From positions 148,183 through 212,182 of the IMG/VR virus record IMGVR_UViG_3300035502_000313: a stretch of DNA of 64,000 bases. One strand, 5' to 3'. The DNA comes from a virus (Duplodnaviria; Caudoviricetes). The notes under the pieces are model-generated. The model ran no database searches. It worked only from the letters and a program-made list of their open reading frames with translations, and was not told the DNA's origin. Shown here one piece after another: positions 44,301 to 51,088 of the stretch. The position numbers and the translations under genes are program-made. Each line of letters opens with the position of its first letter. The stretch's first letter is position 1.

Positions 44301-47300
44301 TAGTTACGAATCTATATTCAAAGCAAAGAGTGATATAATTGCTAATGCTACTGATGCTATATTCTTCTGGGGTATGAATGAAGTAAACACATCCATGTCT
44401 ACTGATGATTACTTTGCAAGATATCAAGATTCTATCGATACTATCTTAGGATATGGTGGAAGATCTACATCTAATACTAATATATACATTCTTCCTGTAA
44501 TTTGGGTACCGGATAACTCTGGATACGGTGGAAGCTTTAATGCATCTAAAGTAGAGAAGTTCAATAGTACATATATTAAACCATTTGCTCAAAAGAAGGG
44601 TTATACATTTGTAGATATTTATGAAGATTCTAAGAATGTTCCTCATGAAGCTGGAAACGTACATCCATCTAACTATCAAAAACTATATGAAATTATTAAA
44701 GGTCATATGGCTGGTAATAGTAATGTAGATGTTTCTGATAGCGGTTCTGGACGTGGTTCTGGTAGAAAAGGTTCTTTAGAAGCTGAACAAATAATATCTG
44801 CTAACGGAAGAGGAAGATCACGTAAAATAGGAACTGGAAGAGGACAAACTAAGAATCATGATTTTGTTGGCGGTTCTTCTTCTGGTGAAGATTTAATTAC
44901 ACTAATCTCAAAGAAGAGAAGAAGAAAGAAATATGGCAGAGGTATATGGGGTCGTGATGGTGAAGAAACCACAGACACTACAACAACTACCGATACAGAA
45001 GCAACGGATGACACTGAATCTACTGATGAAACAACTGATGACACATCTTCTTCTAGTAGTTCATCAAGTTCTGGTGCTACAGGATTAATATCCTTACTAA
45101 GTCAATATTCATCTGCAGTTACTAGAGGTATATTTGGTAACTTCTATGATGCAATATATGGTGATACATCTGAACAATCTGTTAGTAGCAATACTGGTAA
45201 CAGCAGTGGAGGAAGTCTAACAGAAGGCGATGCAGAAGCTAATATGAAGAGTATGTTTAACTATTTTAAAGGCGAAGGATTTAGTGATAATCTAGCTGCT
45301 GGTATTCTAGGAAATGTCAAGGGTGAATCTGGATTTGATCCACATGTTGTAGAAGGTGGTTCAAGCGGTACGATAACTACTGATATGAGTCATGGTTATG
45401 GATTAATTCAGTGGACTGGTGCATCAGGAAGAGCTTGTCTTTATAACTGGTGTACAGCAAACAATTGTGATCCTGAAACATTAGATGGTCAGACAAAATG
45501 GATTGTTGCTCAAATCAAGGGTACAAACATTTCAGATGAAGCTAACTCTGCAAATGCATCTATGTTTAATGGTCAAACTGGTCAAGGAACAATGTCATAT
45601 AACTGGTCTCTATTCCAAAAGAAAGGTTCATTCAGTACATTTAATGGATATACATTACATGATGCTGTTAAACTTTGGTTAGAGTGTGCAGAAAGACCTG
45701 CTGATATGGATGGAGCATTAACTACTAGAGTTAAATATGCAGAAGAAATATTGGCTGCTTGTACTAGTGGATCAGGTAGAGGAAAGGCTAAAGACCTAAT
45801 TACTAAAAAGGCTAGACCTAAACGTAGTAAATATGGTAAAGGCATATGGGGTCGTGATGGAGAAGAAACAACTGCTTCTGATACATCCACAGCAACAGAT
45901 ACATCTACTACTGATACATCAACAGACACAACAACAGATGAAACAACTACTGACGATACATCATCAAGCTCGTCTTCATCATCTTCAAATTCTGGTGCAA
46001 AATCTCTCATTAGTAAACTTAGCAGTTATGCTAAAGCTACTATCAAGGGTGTATATGGTAACTTCTATGATGCATTATATGGTAGTGAAGCTGTTGAAGA
46101 TACTTCAAGTGGTACAACTGGTGATAGAAGTGATATAATATATGCTGCTGCTATGGTATTCGAAGCATTGTATAATGCCGATCCATCATTGTATTATGAT
46201 TCATCTGGTAGTACACATCATGATTTAGTATGTCGTGATGGTACGAAACTTGAACATGAAAGACCAGACTGTTCTGGTATGATGTCTGCTGTTATTCATT
46301 ACATGGGTTATTATACAGCTAGATATAGTACAGAAACAGCGTATACTGACACATATCATGGTGAAGGATTTGGTACACAAAACTGGGATTCCGCTAGTGG
46401 AAATACCTGTATATATGATGCTGATGGCAATTTATCTAATGACTGGGAAGTTTTATCTAGCGATGTAACTCCTCAACCTGGTGATATTAGATTCGCTGCT
46501 GATCATGGTCATACAGACATGTTCGTATTCTATGACGGAACTAACTATCCTCGTGGATTTAATGCGGGATCTGGTGACTCTGGTTCTTCAACAGGTAATG
46601 GTATGTATAACTCATATTGTTTAGCTACTTATTATTTCAATAATAATAATCAATTACCTGATCCAAGCACTGTTTCTTCAGGAAGAGGACAAAATGGTGC
46701 AGGAACTATCCAAGATAATAATACAAAATTAGTTCTTAGATATAAAGGTTCTGGTAACGGAAGATTTGGACGTGGTTCAAGTCGTTCTAAAAAACCAGAT
46801 TTCAATAAACTAAATAACATTCCTATTGATAATAAGAGATATACTGACGATGGTAGCATATCTAGCTATGTTTCTAAACAAATTGTACAAAATCAAATTT
46901 CTGGTACTTATAGAAATGGAAAAGGTGGATATGGTCGTGGTATATTAAAATCATTAGATGATGTACAACAGAAAACAGCAAATTCAACTTTATTTAGTGG
47001 CACTAAAAATAATTCTACTTTATCAAGTACTTCTTCTACTTCTACTGGTTCATCATACAGTAGTAATAGTAGTTCTAATTCAAGCTATTTAGGTACGAAT
47101 GGTAATGCTACAGTTGATTTAAATCAATTGATAGGATTAATAAGTGTAATCGCTAATAATGCTGACAAGATGGATGCTGTATTACAACTTCTTGGCTCTA
47201 TTGCTGTTAATACTGAAAACACAACAAACGCAATTTCAACAAATAAGAATAGTAATAATTCTACATCTAAGAATGGATTATCTGCATTAAGAACAGCACT

Positions 47301-47361
47301 TGATTCAAATAGTTCAGGAGTAGATATTGCTAATGCAGTTTATCAAATTGCTAAAAGTTAA
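32359..47361 (+). CDS. Giant tape-measure-like tail protein with C-terminal enzyme array (C39-like peptidase, glucosaminidase-like, SGNH, phage tail lysozyme, NlpC/P60-like)
   Basis: 5000 aa; helical K/A-rich body with Gly-rich hydrophobic repeats; GCGPAAA...HYVV; AISEHGW...NPFNI; GDSVT...GMNE...VHP; GILGNVKGESG...GLIQWT; DCSG...PGDI...GHT. Confidence 0.8.
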   Translation: MSVQVQKYIKNLGKSITYSAADVLNSKFEYINETKQENQEVFKEVYHSIKDYKNTFARVKKTITDNKVMDAARVGYNSVLYSITTGDFYAKQREAEVMEKYGGSFMQGFDMDDDDFDWDNDDLSTGDKVVATAIKKNSKIGTALTVEAISQTGKAQMDVSRENTMLLYTQNERMLNKLDNGFGNILGFLKQNGEQTAKVQNQMNENLNKFMTNVDNNITKLTKQMDELLEMQRNMYNPKKEEEKRKVGYDDMISRNGVLNIKEYSKHVKKNAFNTINDMSGGMLSYIFGDSLGQGSNLLAQFSANPFRTISETFINKALGKNFDRAAKELNTTLEGIVPSLIGKLNAASKKDDSGIMGFLGKIFGIKDGSRENIDTSRYNKGAIPFDGITKRAITDVIPYYLRKMTSVLTGEQEMIYDFQTGKWSSMKAVKAAHDNAVNSAKYSTANALTGIIESGLGGRRLSDSYKNKYDYDKIVKAIESLAGKLQNAGDFGSVDESLDIYERDVMKMLREAMRLDDGSGNDRRFTRNSKGKRISSGIQRSAIGGFNNMLRQNRLSQNNTIKSINNGDSILRIIESEGLASQSTENYQAKSFVNSHGDFDQNKIQQMPVTQALIRGRDEYGVTLYQYLRDMDLSLRYIKANSTYLGSLNSNENGESNKNNEEIVKHILKDGDIDFTKDKESQYIEKYFENMQNKNRRKEEDDWDKRISEARKRAAAKGEIYTLATSTDFESSNGDTGIANIMRNSSSKTAAKAKIAYTREQQKQEEERWKAIAGIIGQEEANKARANLDQYDSDKSIKDNMEKVKDKGFTASLMMFAKSLGNKIRNPGDAAADTIVKVDYWLQKLIYGEDLKDSENGRKSLFENMKDQFQKGIQGIRESIDKGFEKLKEKVSPLFKPLKELGKKIFGTKDENGFYQGGMIGSFIGGVQKGFRRNSSDFSGYIKNQYSDFKNRFTQDRPEPELSSKQKYDARRSEIMNKLNREAESENQIISGNALEKIANISAYRVKQSSVNNEKIDGDVKRAARKQAMIDELTRKIENQEASVISSEKSIASLKQQLQTKLYNNEDPGDLEKKLESQEKVLEKTKANLKNNKQKLAKIVNSTTKNKYMAVGGVNKTGKPFRSVLSAGELHNGNIVPKMGIYQINPGDTVINPAGAATRAKQANAERKYLANIRRNAEANDKLTPTDDTKTKDKDSDEQNKKKIQQLLTDTDWNSLSTKEQKKEYIGNVVSKGLIGGGLGLLVGGPLIGASIGAASALTKSTGSFASFLFGEAVTDKDGNIQVDDKGNVKRADNGLISQEIMKAVPDIKKYGLGGAIAGLLTPIGPLGGVLVGSALGFAKNSEIFQGSLFGEGGIFSEENKAKFKKGAKSMGIGAAIGAFTGGPFGLVGNALLGATAGYVTSTDKFKDFVLGEKDDPNNPESKRHGGVMGVLKSAVEPLKDFGKTLTNGILDAVFGKKNGENGKREGGLFGLVRKTIIDPLADGTKTMVNALNEKVRDIGFMAKKTWKKIQRKMAGNDGAGVFGEFGQKIAKGATKIAKGAIMAPLLPLMGGVKLAQKGIFNPIKRKSIRTGKASHMTARERLKARGELGMAEYDDYTLFDNSLTEMDNDSIQSLKDRLSVYVDGDDAAFKEQNNLFDSTGRELRDYISSKNANKIMKSLKKNDYREAERLIRTGNFKIEGGEANRGKLEAIIKKHKRKYSTIDERMAKANSASKLSSKVLKDEYGLDVDLNDPRDVDKVKRMLDRELIHNEAGLTEEDMEFDRMREFWSDDKSPLKTVNSGVEAVVKTLDNIYNEVKLGNEYDKLSDEEKSKYESREDYIQKNKATAEPDATQDKLNGKKSDSTNKHRKFSRVKMVQENPDKFSKTIKRIIEEALKLFDGKVMEEISDPNKIKIDIDKWKLENPDKDYNNEKLIRTNIIIDSLDQKYEFDCAYVCKQSGNNFSVEIAKNQSESFETCREDFANAYLDARMPKSAKGKGSYMSFKDMVKKTIKISGFFVAASIVPGGALVLGAKLAFMKIAKKRGWDKKLKNGIRRVKNDVKHVLGSHAIDSSSKRQQRKEKNYNAKAEKVLQKMIEKGDAQLDTIAQEKYKKNYSELTDDEKSAVNATFKERYVNNKIANQVTGHGLLGNIKAAPKALMGTLKSGIKNLTAGKIDKVKEKIQKQKEEDRFIGKLFNKLDKWKLGRDEKNFKGKKDSRLAKILKWLFIGGIAVPILVGFVKDKIMPAVHDKIQPWLKKAAQKLIGTKNEQTGEYEGGIIAGIVNPVRNFFKDKFQTISDWFHNKGKFTSPDTGFKGLIGNFKSAINYGITLWKDGTSTILNDCLPKVVEGIVANLPTILGAIGTGLINGIKDIFFGKKDGTGEQSLETVNASQMVDSTSSSSDNDSSSSSTGIKFNNTVGGTWVETVGGSSTKVGSYVDVVSLNSDIYQPTSRKTNDDGSTTLTNENTGESVTSEFIDDDSMVSAGTNKAGDKIYYKRTDVNRTQPYTKANDGEYVRMDKQSSVMLSSLQDNQSYADMVADNDAGDAGVTDSYTGTNPALEKTAYAGKVLTKAATSKSGAKGLSMAIKAGGKGVKIAGKMINLIPGTNVAGWATKKSLGKVGDKIVDSADDVSYKYYNFMQSKISKAVENSKVLSKVNNAGIKIKNAPKNIAEKAKNAIKNKMGKTAENATKNAAENAAEKAAKETAEKTAKEAAENVTKNAAESVMESSTKNAAKTGGTSFLAKSVKELFEKAKSKIIEWFAKLFKGSAVKEAAKNAGREITEETAEKLAKETGEKLVKECAEQGAEKIATVAGKNLVSSACDCSGIGVVINIAFAIADFLLGMDDARNILQITGDDIPLSYRFFAGLANTMQDIPIVGILLGCIGAKNIVYYLVEWFGDILFPEATEELKKRQEEAQQTLEQYNAQNNTNLTLEQYNNKKYATVSSTVSGWFSDAGSFLSGKDATVSEAMETRRNVADSNDTVTDIREKLESIASHMWEKQGDKFKDFNLSKDTYGKLCAEVIDKIVLLLNGLDDDSLSKVLTSAGKIETGFWANAGYTTLKYLTFGAYDGDPFVDAWDDGYKGLSYLGLDKKDGWENTSVVKCIGGIASVFVKACGGANLKWKIIDIVISVFGNGMAGDSIDENSKKLVENSNSKISNINDAYDSNLHGNSGTTSVSLSSSDSSSTSTAEDVVANANANSKLSAISGLYNTAKSNMINTAGFIDDKISSSLFGEVYNNAKSTASGLYNTAKSNLKSTASGLYNTAKSNMINTAGFIDDKLSNSPFGGIYNYDKSAASGLWNFFKGIFTNAEANSNLSPINMTSNNKDKNSGSSIGRFLMLIPNTINNAITNMTGDLSKIEDMFSGLVKKNKSINDSIDSLSLLPTDKKYWDIEVDNDNPFVSGLFKFVESMNRVVKAPFSLAVSSLGKGLSAVSSSSSNSSSSSSSSSSSGSTNSSDSSSSSSSSSSGGILSKIATGAKSIFKKVSSGIKSFFGFGKGKDDYDDTGYGDDPFHIYQRDYKGSYRTTGDSESQTIADSGCGPAAAASLLRMYGKKGDMHNAVNYALSNKYKEVDGGTYPQYFNDYLNKNGISTNSNADNNDVVNSLIHNKPVILMGRDSSNSGTTPYGSKYSHYVVARGLDSNGNVIVEDSEDKNGSTRYSLADTLRNSSVRITTGNGKYGRGATSSMAENFTTGVSYTVTSAVSNIVSNAANSVAGLLGSSSTSSSTSNDASASTNGVEGSITADTDVKTKCGYTADQLKAAITSIHSGCSAEQFPELAIQVENSKGVNALFTIAVAISEHGWDGTIGVNTTGANWGNYNPFNISGSPNSSNGRWKDYNSLSDAFNGFGDLIMGSGYYQAGLTTPGTIGPRYCDSGWASGVCTVADMIVKKISGSGKGKEIMSTFNNKFLSNVNNAVNYFATKSLASLSSGSTSSSDSQSNNANNSSGGTANVDIDAETTIICGDSVTHGLSSTSLGDRAMGLSSGTTDKNNTTTYGSYESIFKAKSDIIANATDAIFFWGMNEVNTSMSTDDYFARYQDSIDTILGYGGRSTSNTNIYILPVIWVPDNSGYGGSFNASKVEKFNSTYIKPFAQKKGYTFVDIYEDSKNVPHEAGNVHPSNYQKLYEIIKGHMAGNSNVDVSDSGSGRGSGRKGSLEAEQIISANGRGRSRKIGTGRGQTKNHDFVGGSSSGEDLITLISKKRRRKKYGRGIWGRDGEETTDTTTTTDTEATDDTESTDETTDDTSSSSSSSSSGATGLISLLSQYSSAVTRGIFGNFYDAIYGDTSEQSVSSNTGNSSGGSLTEGDAEANMKSMFNYFKGEGFSDNLAAGILGNVKGESGFDPHVVEGGSSGTITTDMSHGYGLIQWTGASGRACLYNWCTANNCDPETLDGQTKWIVAQIKGTNISDEANSANASMFNGQTGQGTMSYNWSLFQKKGSFSTFNGYTLHDAVKLWLECAERPADMDGALTTRVKYAEEILAACTSGSGRGKAKDLITKKARPKRSKYGKGIWGRDGEETTASDTSTATDTSTTDTSTDTTTDETTTDDTSSSSSSSSSNSGAKSLISKLSSYAKATIKGVYGNFYDALYGSEAVEDTSSGTTGDRSDIIYAAAMVFEALYNADPSLYYDSSGSTHHDLVCRDGTKLEHERPDCSGMMSAVIHYMGYYTARYSTETAYTDTYHGEGFGTQNWDSASGNTCIYDADGNLSNDWEVLSSDVTPQPGDIRFAADHGHTDMFVFYDGTNYPRGFNAGSGDSGSSTGNGMYNSYCLATYYFNNNNQLPDPSTVSSGRGQNGAGTIQDNNTKLVLRYKGSGNGRFGRGSSRSKKPDFNKLNNIPIDNKRYTDDGSISSYVSKQIVQNQISGTYRNGKGGYGRGILKSLDDVQQKTANSTLFSGTKNNSTLSSTSSTSTGSSYSSNSSSNSSYLGTNGNATVDLNQLIGLISVIANNADKMDAVLQLLGSIAVNTENTTNAISTNKNSNNSTSKNGLSALRTALDSNSSGVDIANAVYQIAKS
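41925..42150 (+). repeat. Intragenic SGLYNTAKSN(MINTAGFIDDK) repeats
   Basis: Three copies of SGLYNTAKSN, two followed by identical MINTAGFIDDK. Confidence 0.85.
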
Positions 47362-47369
47362 TTAATTAT

Positions 47370-47400
47370 GAGGGTTGGAATGTTCCAACCCTCGTATTTT
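47370..47400 (+). terminator. Intrinsic terminator
   Basis: GAGGGTTGGA-ATGT-TCCAACCCTC then GTATTTT. Confidence 0.8.
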
Positions 47401-47448
47401 TATATCTAGAACATTAGTATAAAATATTTGAAAGGAGAGAATTGTAAA

Positions 47449-49755
47449 ATGGCAAAACAAACATTTTATAAATTATCTAATACCGATAATGTTGCTAGTT
47501 ATGCAAAGGGACAAGGTGATTGGGCAAATAAGGGTGTTAATAGCGTTCTTTATGTAATTACAAAGTCAAATTATAATATATATAGCAGTGCAGAAGCAGC
47601 AAAAGGAAAAAGTCAAAACAGTAAAGATGAAAATGCTATGTATACTATATCAATTGGAACAGCTTTAAGAGTTACAGGAAGAGCTAATATTGGTAATTCT
47701 ATAATATTACAAGTAAATTGTAATGGTAAAAATGGTTATATATATGTAGGTAATGTAAAAGAAACTAATTCTGGTAGTAGTGGTAATACTCGTACATGGA
47801 AATGGGATGGTAATCCAAATGTTTTTTTAGCTTTAAAAAGTAATAATACTTATTCATTATCCGGTTATGGATTAGGAACTAATGATGTTGGTTCTTCAGG
47901 TGAATATTCAGTATTTGATAGTAGCAGGATATTATATACTGGTGGTAATTCAAGCTCTGCAGAGGATTCAACAGATACTACAACATCAGCTTCTATAGCA
48001 TCTACAACAGCTAGTGCAGATAGTGCTAGTACAGGAGAAATAAATGTTACGTATGAATTTGCTGTAACAGGAACTAAATATTCATATAAAATGGAGGAAT
48101 ATTTAGCATATCTAGAAGATCAAAATAACAGTAATCAGGACTTAACTGGATCTGAGAATGGAATTAATTATTCTGGATTAAAGTATGTATTCGGAATGCC
48201 GTATCAATTTTTACCAACAACAGACTGTAGAGTTGGTGCTGGATATGATGATGAAATTGAAAAAGCTGGATATGAATTTTCTGAGAAGATTATAGCTAGA
48301 TTACATCTGTTATATATTACCCCAGGTAATACTGCATTTATGGGTTCTAGTAGTAGTTCTGTTGCAAAAGAAAATGCTAGAACAACTTTATTAGGATCAC
48401 TTGAATCTACATTGTTTGGAGATGATACAACGGAATCATCGTTAGAAACTATGCTTGGTGAATATAACGGTAAACTATATACGATAACACCAGCATATAC
48501 AGAATATTTCAAATATGTAAATCCATTATGTCGTTCTGGTGCTATATTCTTAGATATAGGTGGTACGTCTTTTAATAGCACTTCAATAGTAGAAAATTCT
48601 GCACTAGAAACTAGCTCTGCGTGTTTTGCTAATATGAACTGGGGTGTTAATGAAGGTGTAGCATATGATATATGGTTGGAAGAAGAGGATACATTAGAGG
48701 GTGCAGAGGATGATGAAGAGGCAGAAGATGTTTCAGAAAATAGCGATACTACTACAGATCAAGAAGAAACAGAATCAACAAGAGCTAAATTTGAAAGGGA
48801 TTATTCCGACTTCTTTGTACAATATGAAGATGCATCTACCTCTGAATTTTCTAAGTTCTTTAAGAATTTATATTATGGAAACTCTATAGCTTTTTATATA
48901 AATTCAGATTCATCATTCCAAGATTCTTTCTCAAATGAAACTACAGAATCCTCTCTATCTACTACGATTAATGCGTTATCAGATAAAGCTAGAGAACTTC
49001 AGTTCTTATTAGGTACAGCTAGTACAGCTGTCGGTGAAGCATTTGATAAAGTAGATGGTACCCTTAGTCAAATTAAATCACAGATAAGTAGTATTGTAGA
49101 TACTGTTGCTGGTGGTAATTCTATTTTTACTACAATAGCTAATAGTGTTAAAACAATTGTATCTGGTGGTCGTATGTTATTCCCACAGATTTGGTCTAAT
49201 AGTGGATTTTCAAAATCGTATAATATAGCTATTAAACTAGTCAGTCCTAATACAGATAAAGTATCTTGGTATTTGAATATATATGTGCCTTTATGCCATT
49301 TAATGGCATTGGTGCTTCCTAGATCAGAATATGTAAATTCTTATACAACTCCATTTCTTATTAAAGCATTTTATAAAGGTATGTTTAATATAGATATGGG
49401 TATTATTACAGAAATGTCATTTACTAAAGGTAAGGAAGGCTCATGGACTAAAGATGGTCTCCCTACAGTAGTAGATGTATCTTTCTCTATTCAGGATTTA
49501 TATAGTGCTATGGGTATGACATCAACAGCGAATATGTTTAAAGGTACTACTTTACAGAATGTATCTGAGATGGATTATATCGCAAACTTATGTGGTATTA
49601 ATATAAATGAACCTGACCCATTTAGAATGGTTAACTTATGGTGTGCATTTAATATATCTAATAAAGTATATGACTTTATTCCTAATTTATCACTTGGATT
49701 ACAGCAGTATGTATCTAATGGTATTATAAATGCATATAACAATTTCTGGTCATAA
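47449..49755 (+). CDS. Virion tail/baseplate hub-type structural protein
   Basis: Follows the tape measure gene; C-terminal FPQIW..S.FSKSY...PFLIKA...GII..MSF.KG...GLPTVVDVSFSIQDLY tube-fold-like pattern; promoter 47410-47421. Confidence 0.55.
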   Translation: MAKQTFYKLSNTDNVASYAKGQGDWANKGVNSVLYVITKSNYNIYSSAEAAKGKSQNSKDENAMYTISIGTALRVTGRANIGNSIILQVNCNGKNGYIYVGNVKETNSGSSGNTRTWKWDGNPNVFLALKSNNTYSLSGYGLGTNDVGSSGEYSVFDSSRILYTGGNSSSAEDSTDTTTSASIASTTASADSASTGEINVTYEFAVTGTKYSYKMEEYLAYLEDQNNSNQDLTGSENGINYSGLKYVFGMPYQFLPTTDCRVGAGYDDEIEKAGYEFSEKIIARLHLLYITPGNTAFMGSSSSSVAKENARTTLLGSLESTLFGDDTTESSLETMLGEYNGKLYTITPAYTEYFKYVNPLCRSGAIFLDIGGTSFNSTSIVENSALETSSACFANMNWGVNEGVAYDIWLEEEDTLEGAEDDEEAEDVSENSDTTTDQEETESTRAKFERDYSDFFVQYEDASTSEFSKFFKNLYYGNSIAFYINSDSSFQDSFSNETTESSLSTTINALSDKARELQFLLGTASTAVGEAFDKVDGTLSQIKSQISSIVDTVAGGNSIFTTIANSVKTIVSGGRMLFPQIWSNSGFSKSYNIAIKLVSPNTDKVSWYLNIYVPLCHLMALVLPRSEYVNSYTTPFLIKAFYKGMFNIDMGIITEMSFTKGKEGSWTKDGLPTVVDVSFSIQDLYSAMGMTSTANMFKGTTLQNVSEMDYIANLCGININEPDPFRMVNLWCAFNISNKVYDFIPNLSLGLQQYVSNGIINAYNNFWS

Positions 49756-49787
49756 ATATAATATTAAAATATATCAAACTATATAGT

Positions 49788-49899
49788 AAAGATATAGAAA
49801 TGGTGACCTGTATCTTTTATTCATTTTTATTTTTCTCCTGGAAAATTACTTACATAAAGAAAATTCCTCACTGGACTTTAATCCAGTGGGATTTTCTTT
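49788..49899 (+). ncRNA. Candidate sRNA C (anti-RBS antisense RNA)
   Basis: Promoter AACT-ATATAG-TA (49777-49788), 10-bp 5' hairpin, seed TTCATTTTTATTTTTCTCCT, terminator. Confidence 0.6.
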
Positions 49900-49954
49900 G
49901 TCTATTTAACAAAATACCTAATCTTGAACAATTACATAAAAGGAGGTGCTTACA

Positions 49955-50659
49955 ATGGCTAGTCTGAAGAAAAAACAAGAAGAATATCGAACTAAATACG
50001 GAGATATTCCGCTTGATTACAAAGAACGTTTAAATTGGATGTGTAATAAATATAAACTATCTACAAATGACATGGATTATATCTTATATGAACGAGACAG
50101 AAGAATGAATTCATTATATTATACTTCAATAAGAGTAGTATTATATCAAGTACCTCAAGGTGCTAAACGACCGAGATATAGATTTGTTAATAGAAGTAAC
50201 CTTATATCATCAGCTATTTCTAATCCTGGATATATACATGTATATTCTCCAGATGCTTCTACTAATCATGAGTATATGAAAAGACTTGTAACGGAACAAG
50301 AATTCATTCAATTAGATCATCTTATATGTACACCATGTGATGTACATTATAAAGCTTACTTTCCTACACCTAAATCATATAATAAATACGAAACATTTAT
50401 GGCTGAGATTGGTTTAAACAGACCGTTAGTAAAGCCTGATTTCGACAATATAGAAAAGTTATATGCTGATATGTATAATAGTAATGTTTGGATTGATGAT
50501 GCTTTGACAATTGATGCTACTATAAACAAATTTTATTCTATCCTTCCAAGGGTAGAAATAGATCTTAATTATCTTAATGCTGTATATTGTAAACAGCAGT
50601 ATGATAATATAACTAATAGAAAAGATTATGATGAGTTGATGAACTTATCATTCATTTAA
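49955..50659 (+). CDS. rusA: RusA-family Holliday junction resolvase
   Basis: PQGAKRPR and KPDFDNIEK...D.....VWIDDA...K.YS..PRVEI motifs. Confidence 0.85.
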   Translation: MASLKKKQEEYRTKYGDIPLDYKERLNWMCNKYKLSTNDMDYILYERDRRMNSLYYTSIRVVLYQVPQGAKRPRYRFVNRSNLISSAISNPGYIHVYSPDASTNHEYMKRLVTEQEFIQLDHLICTPCDVHYKAYFPTPKSYNKYETFMAEIGLNRPLVKPDFDNIEKLYADMYNSNVWIDDALTIDATINKFYSILPRVEIDLNYLNAVYCKQQYDNITNRKDYDELMNLSFI

Positions 50660-50674
50660 GGAGGATAAATTATT

Positions 50675-51049
50675 ATGAATAGTCATATTAGAAATTCTGG
50701 AGTTTCTCAGATAAACGGTTTAAGAAAGCTATTGTGGGAAGGTATATATTCTAATATATACAATATGCAGTCTTTTGTTAATCATATAAGACAGAGCTTT
50801 ATTCCTGGCACTATAGGAGATGTTGATTTTGACTTCAATAAATCTATAGTAAATATAAGATGTAATGGAAGACCATTTGAGTATAATGATGCTAATGATA
50901 GAATATCTAGTGCATATAAAGGTTTTATTCAGGATATGTTTATTACAGGAAAGATTAATCAAGATGATTATAATGCCTGTATCAATAATACAAATATGTT
51001 ATATTTTGTAACATTCAAAGATTCTCATAATTTAAGAATAGGACTATAA
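50675..51049 (+). CDS. Hypothetical protein
   Basis: 124-aa ORF with AGGAGG RBS. Confidence 0.65.
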   Translation: MNSHIRNSGVSQINGLRKLLWEGIYSNIYNMQSFVNHIRQSFIPGTIGDVDFDFNKSIVNIRCNGRPFEYNDANDRISSAYKGFIQDMFITGKINQDDYNACINNTNMLYFVTFKDSHNLRIGL

Positions 51050-51053
51050 AACA

Positions 51054-51088
51054 GGAGGAGCTAATTAAAGCTCCTCCCGAATTTTTTT
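51054..51088. terminator. Terminator between convergent genes
   Basis: GGAGGAGCT-AATTAA-AGCTCCTCC followed by a T tract. Confidence 0.75.

Noticed and set aside
33213-46859. Many 60-210 aa antisense or alternate-frame ORFs inside large genes
   Set aside because: Shadow ORFs caused by codon bias and low-complexity Ser/Thr tracts; no RBS or promoter support noticed.
49774-49824. Minus-strand 16-codon ORF MNKRYRSPFLYLYYIV with AGGAG RBS
   Set aside because: No matching promoter seen on that strand, and it runs through the plus-strand promoter; more simply the antisense image of the sRNA C seed. Not fully excluded.
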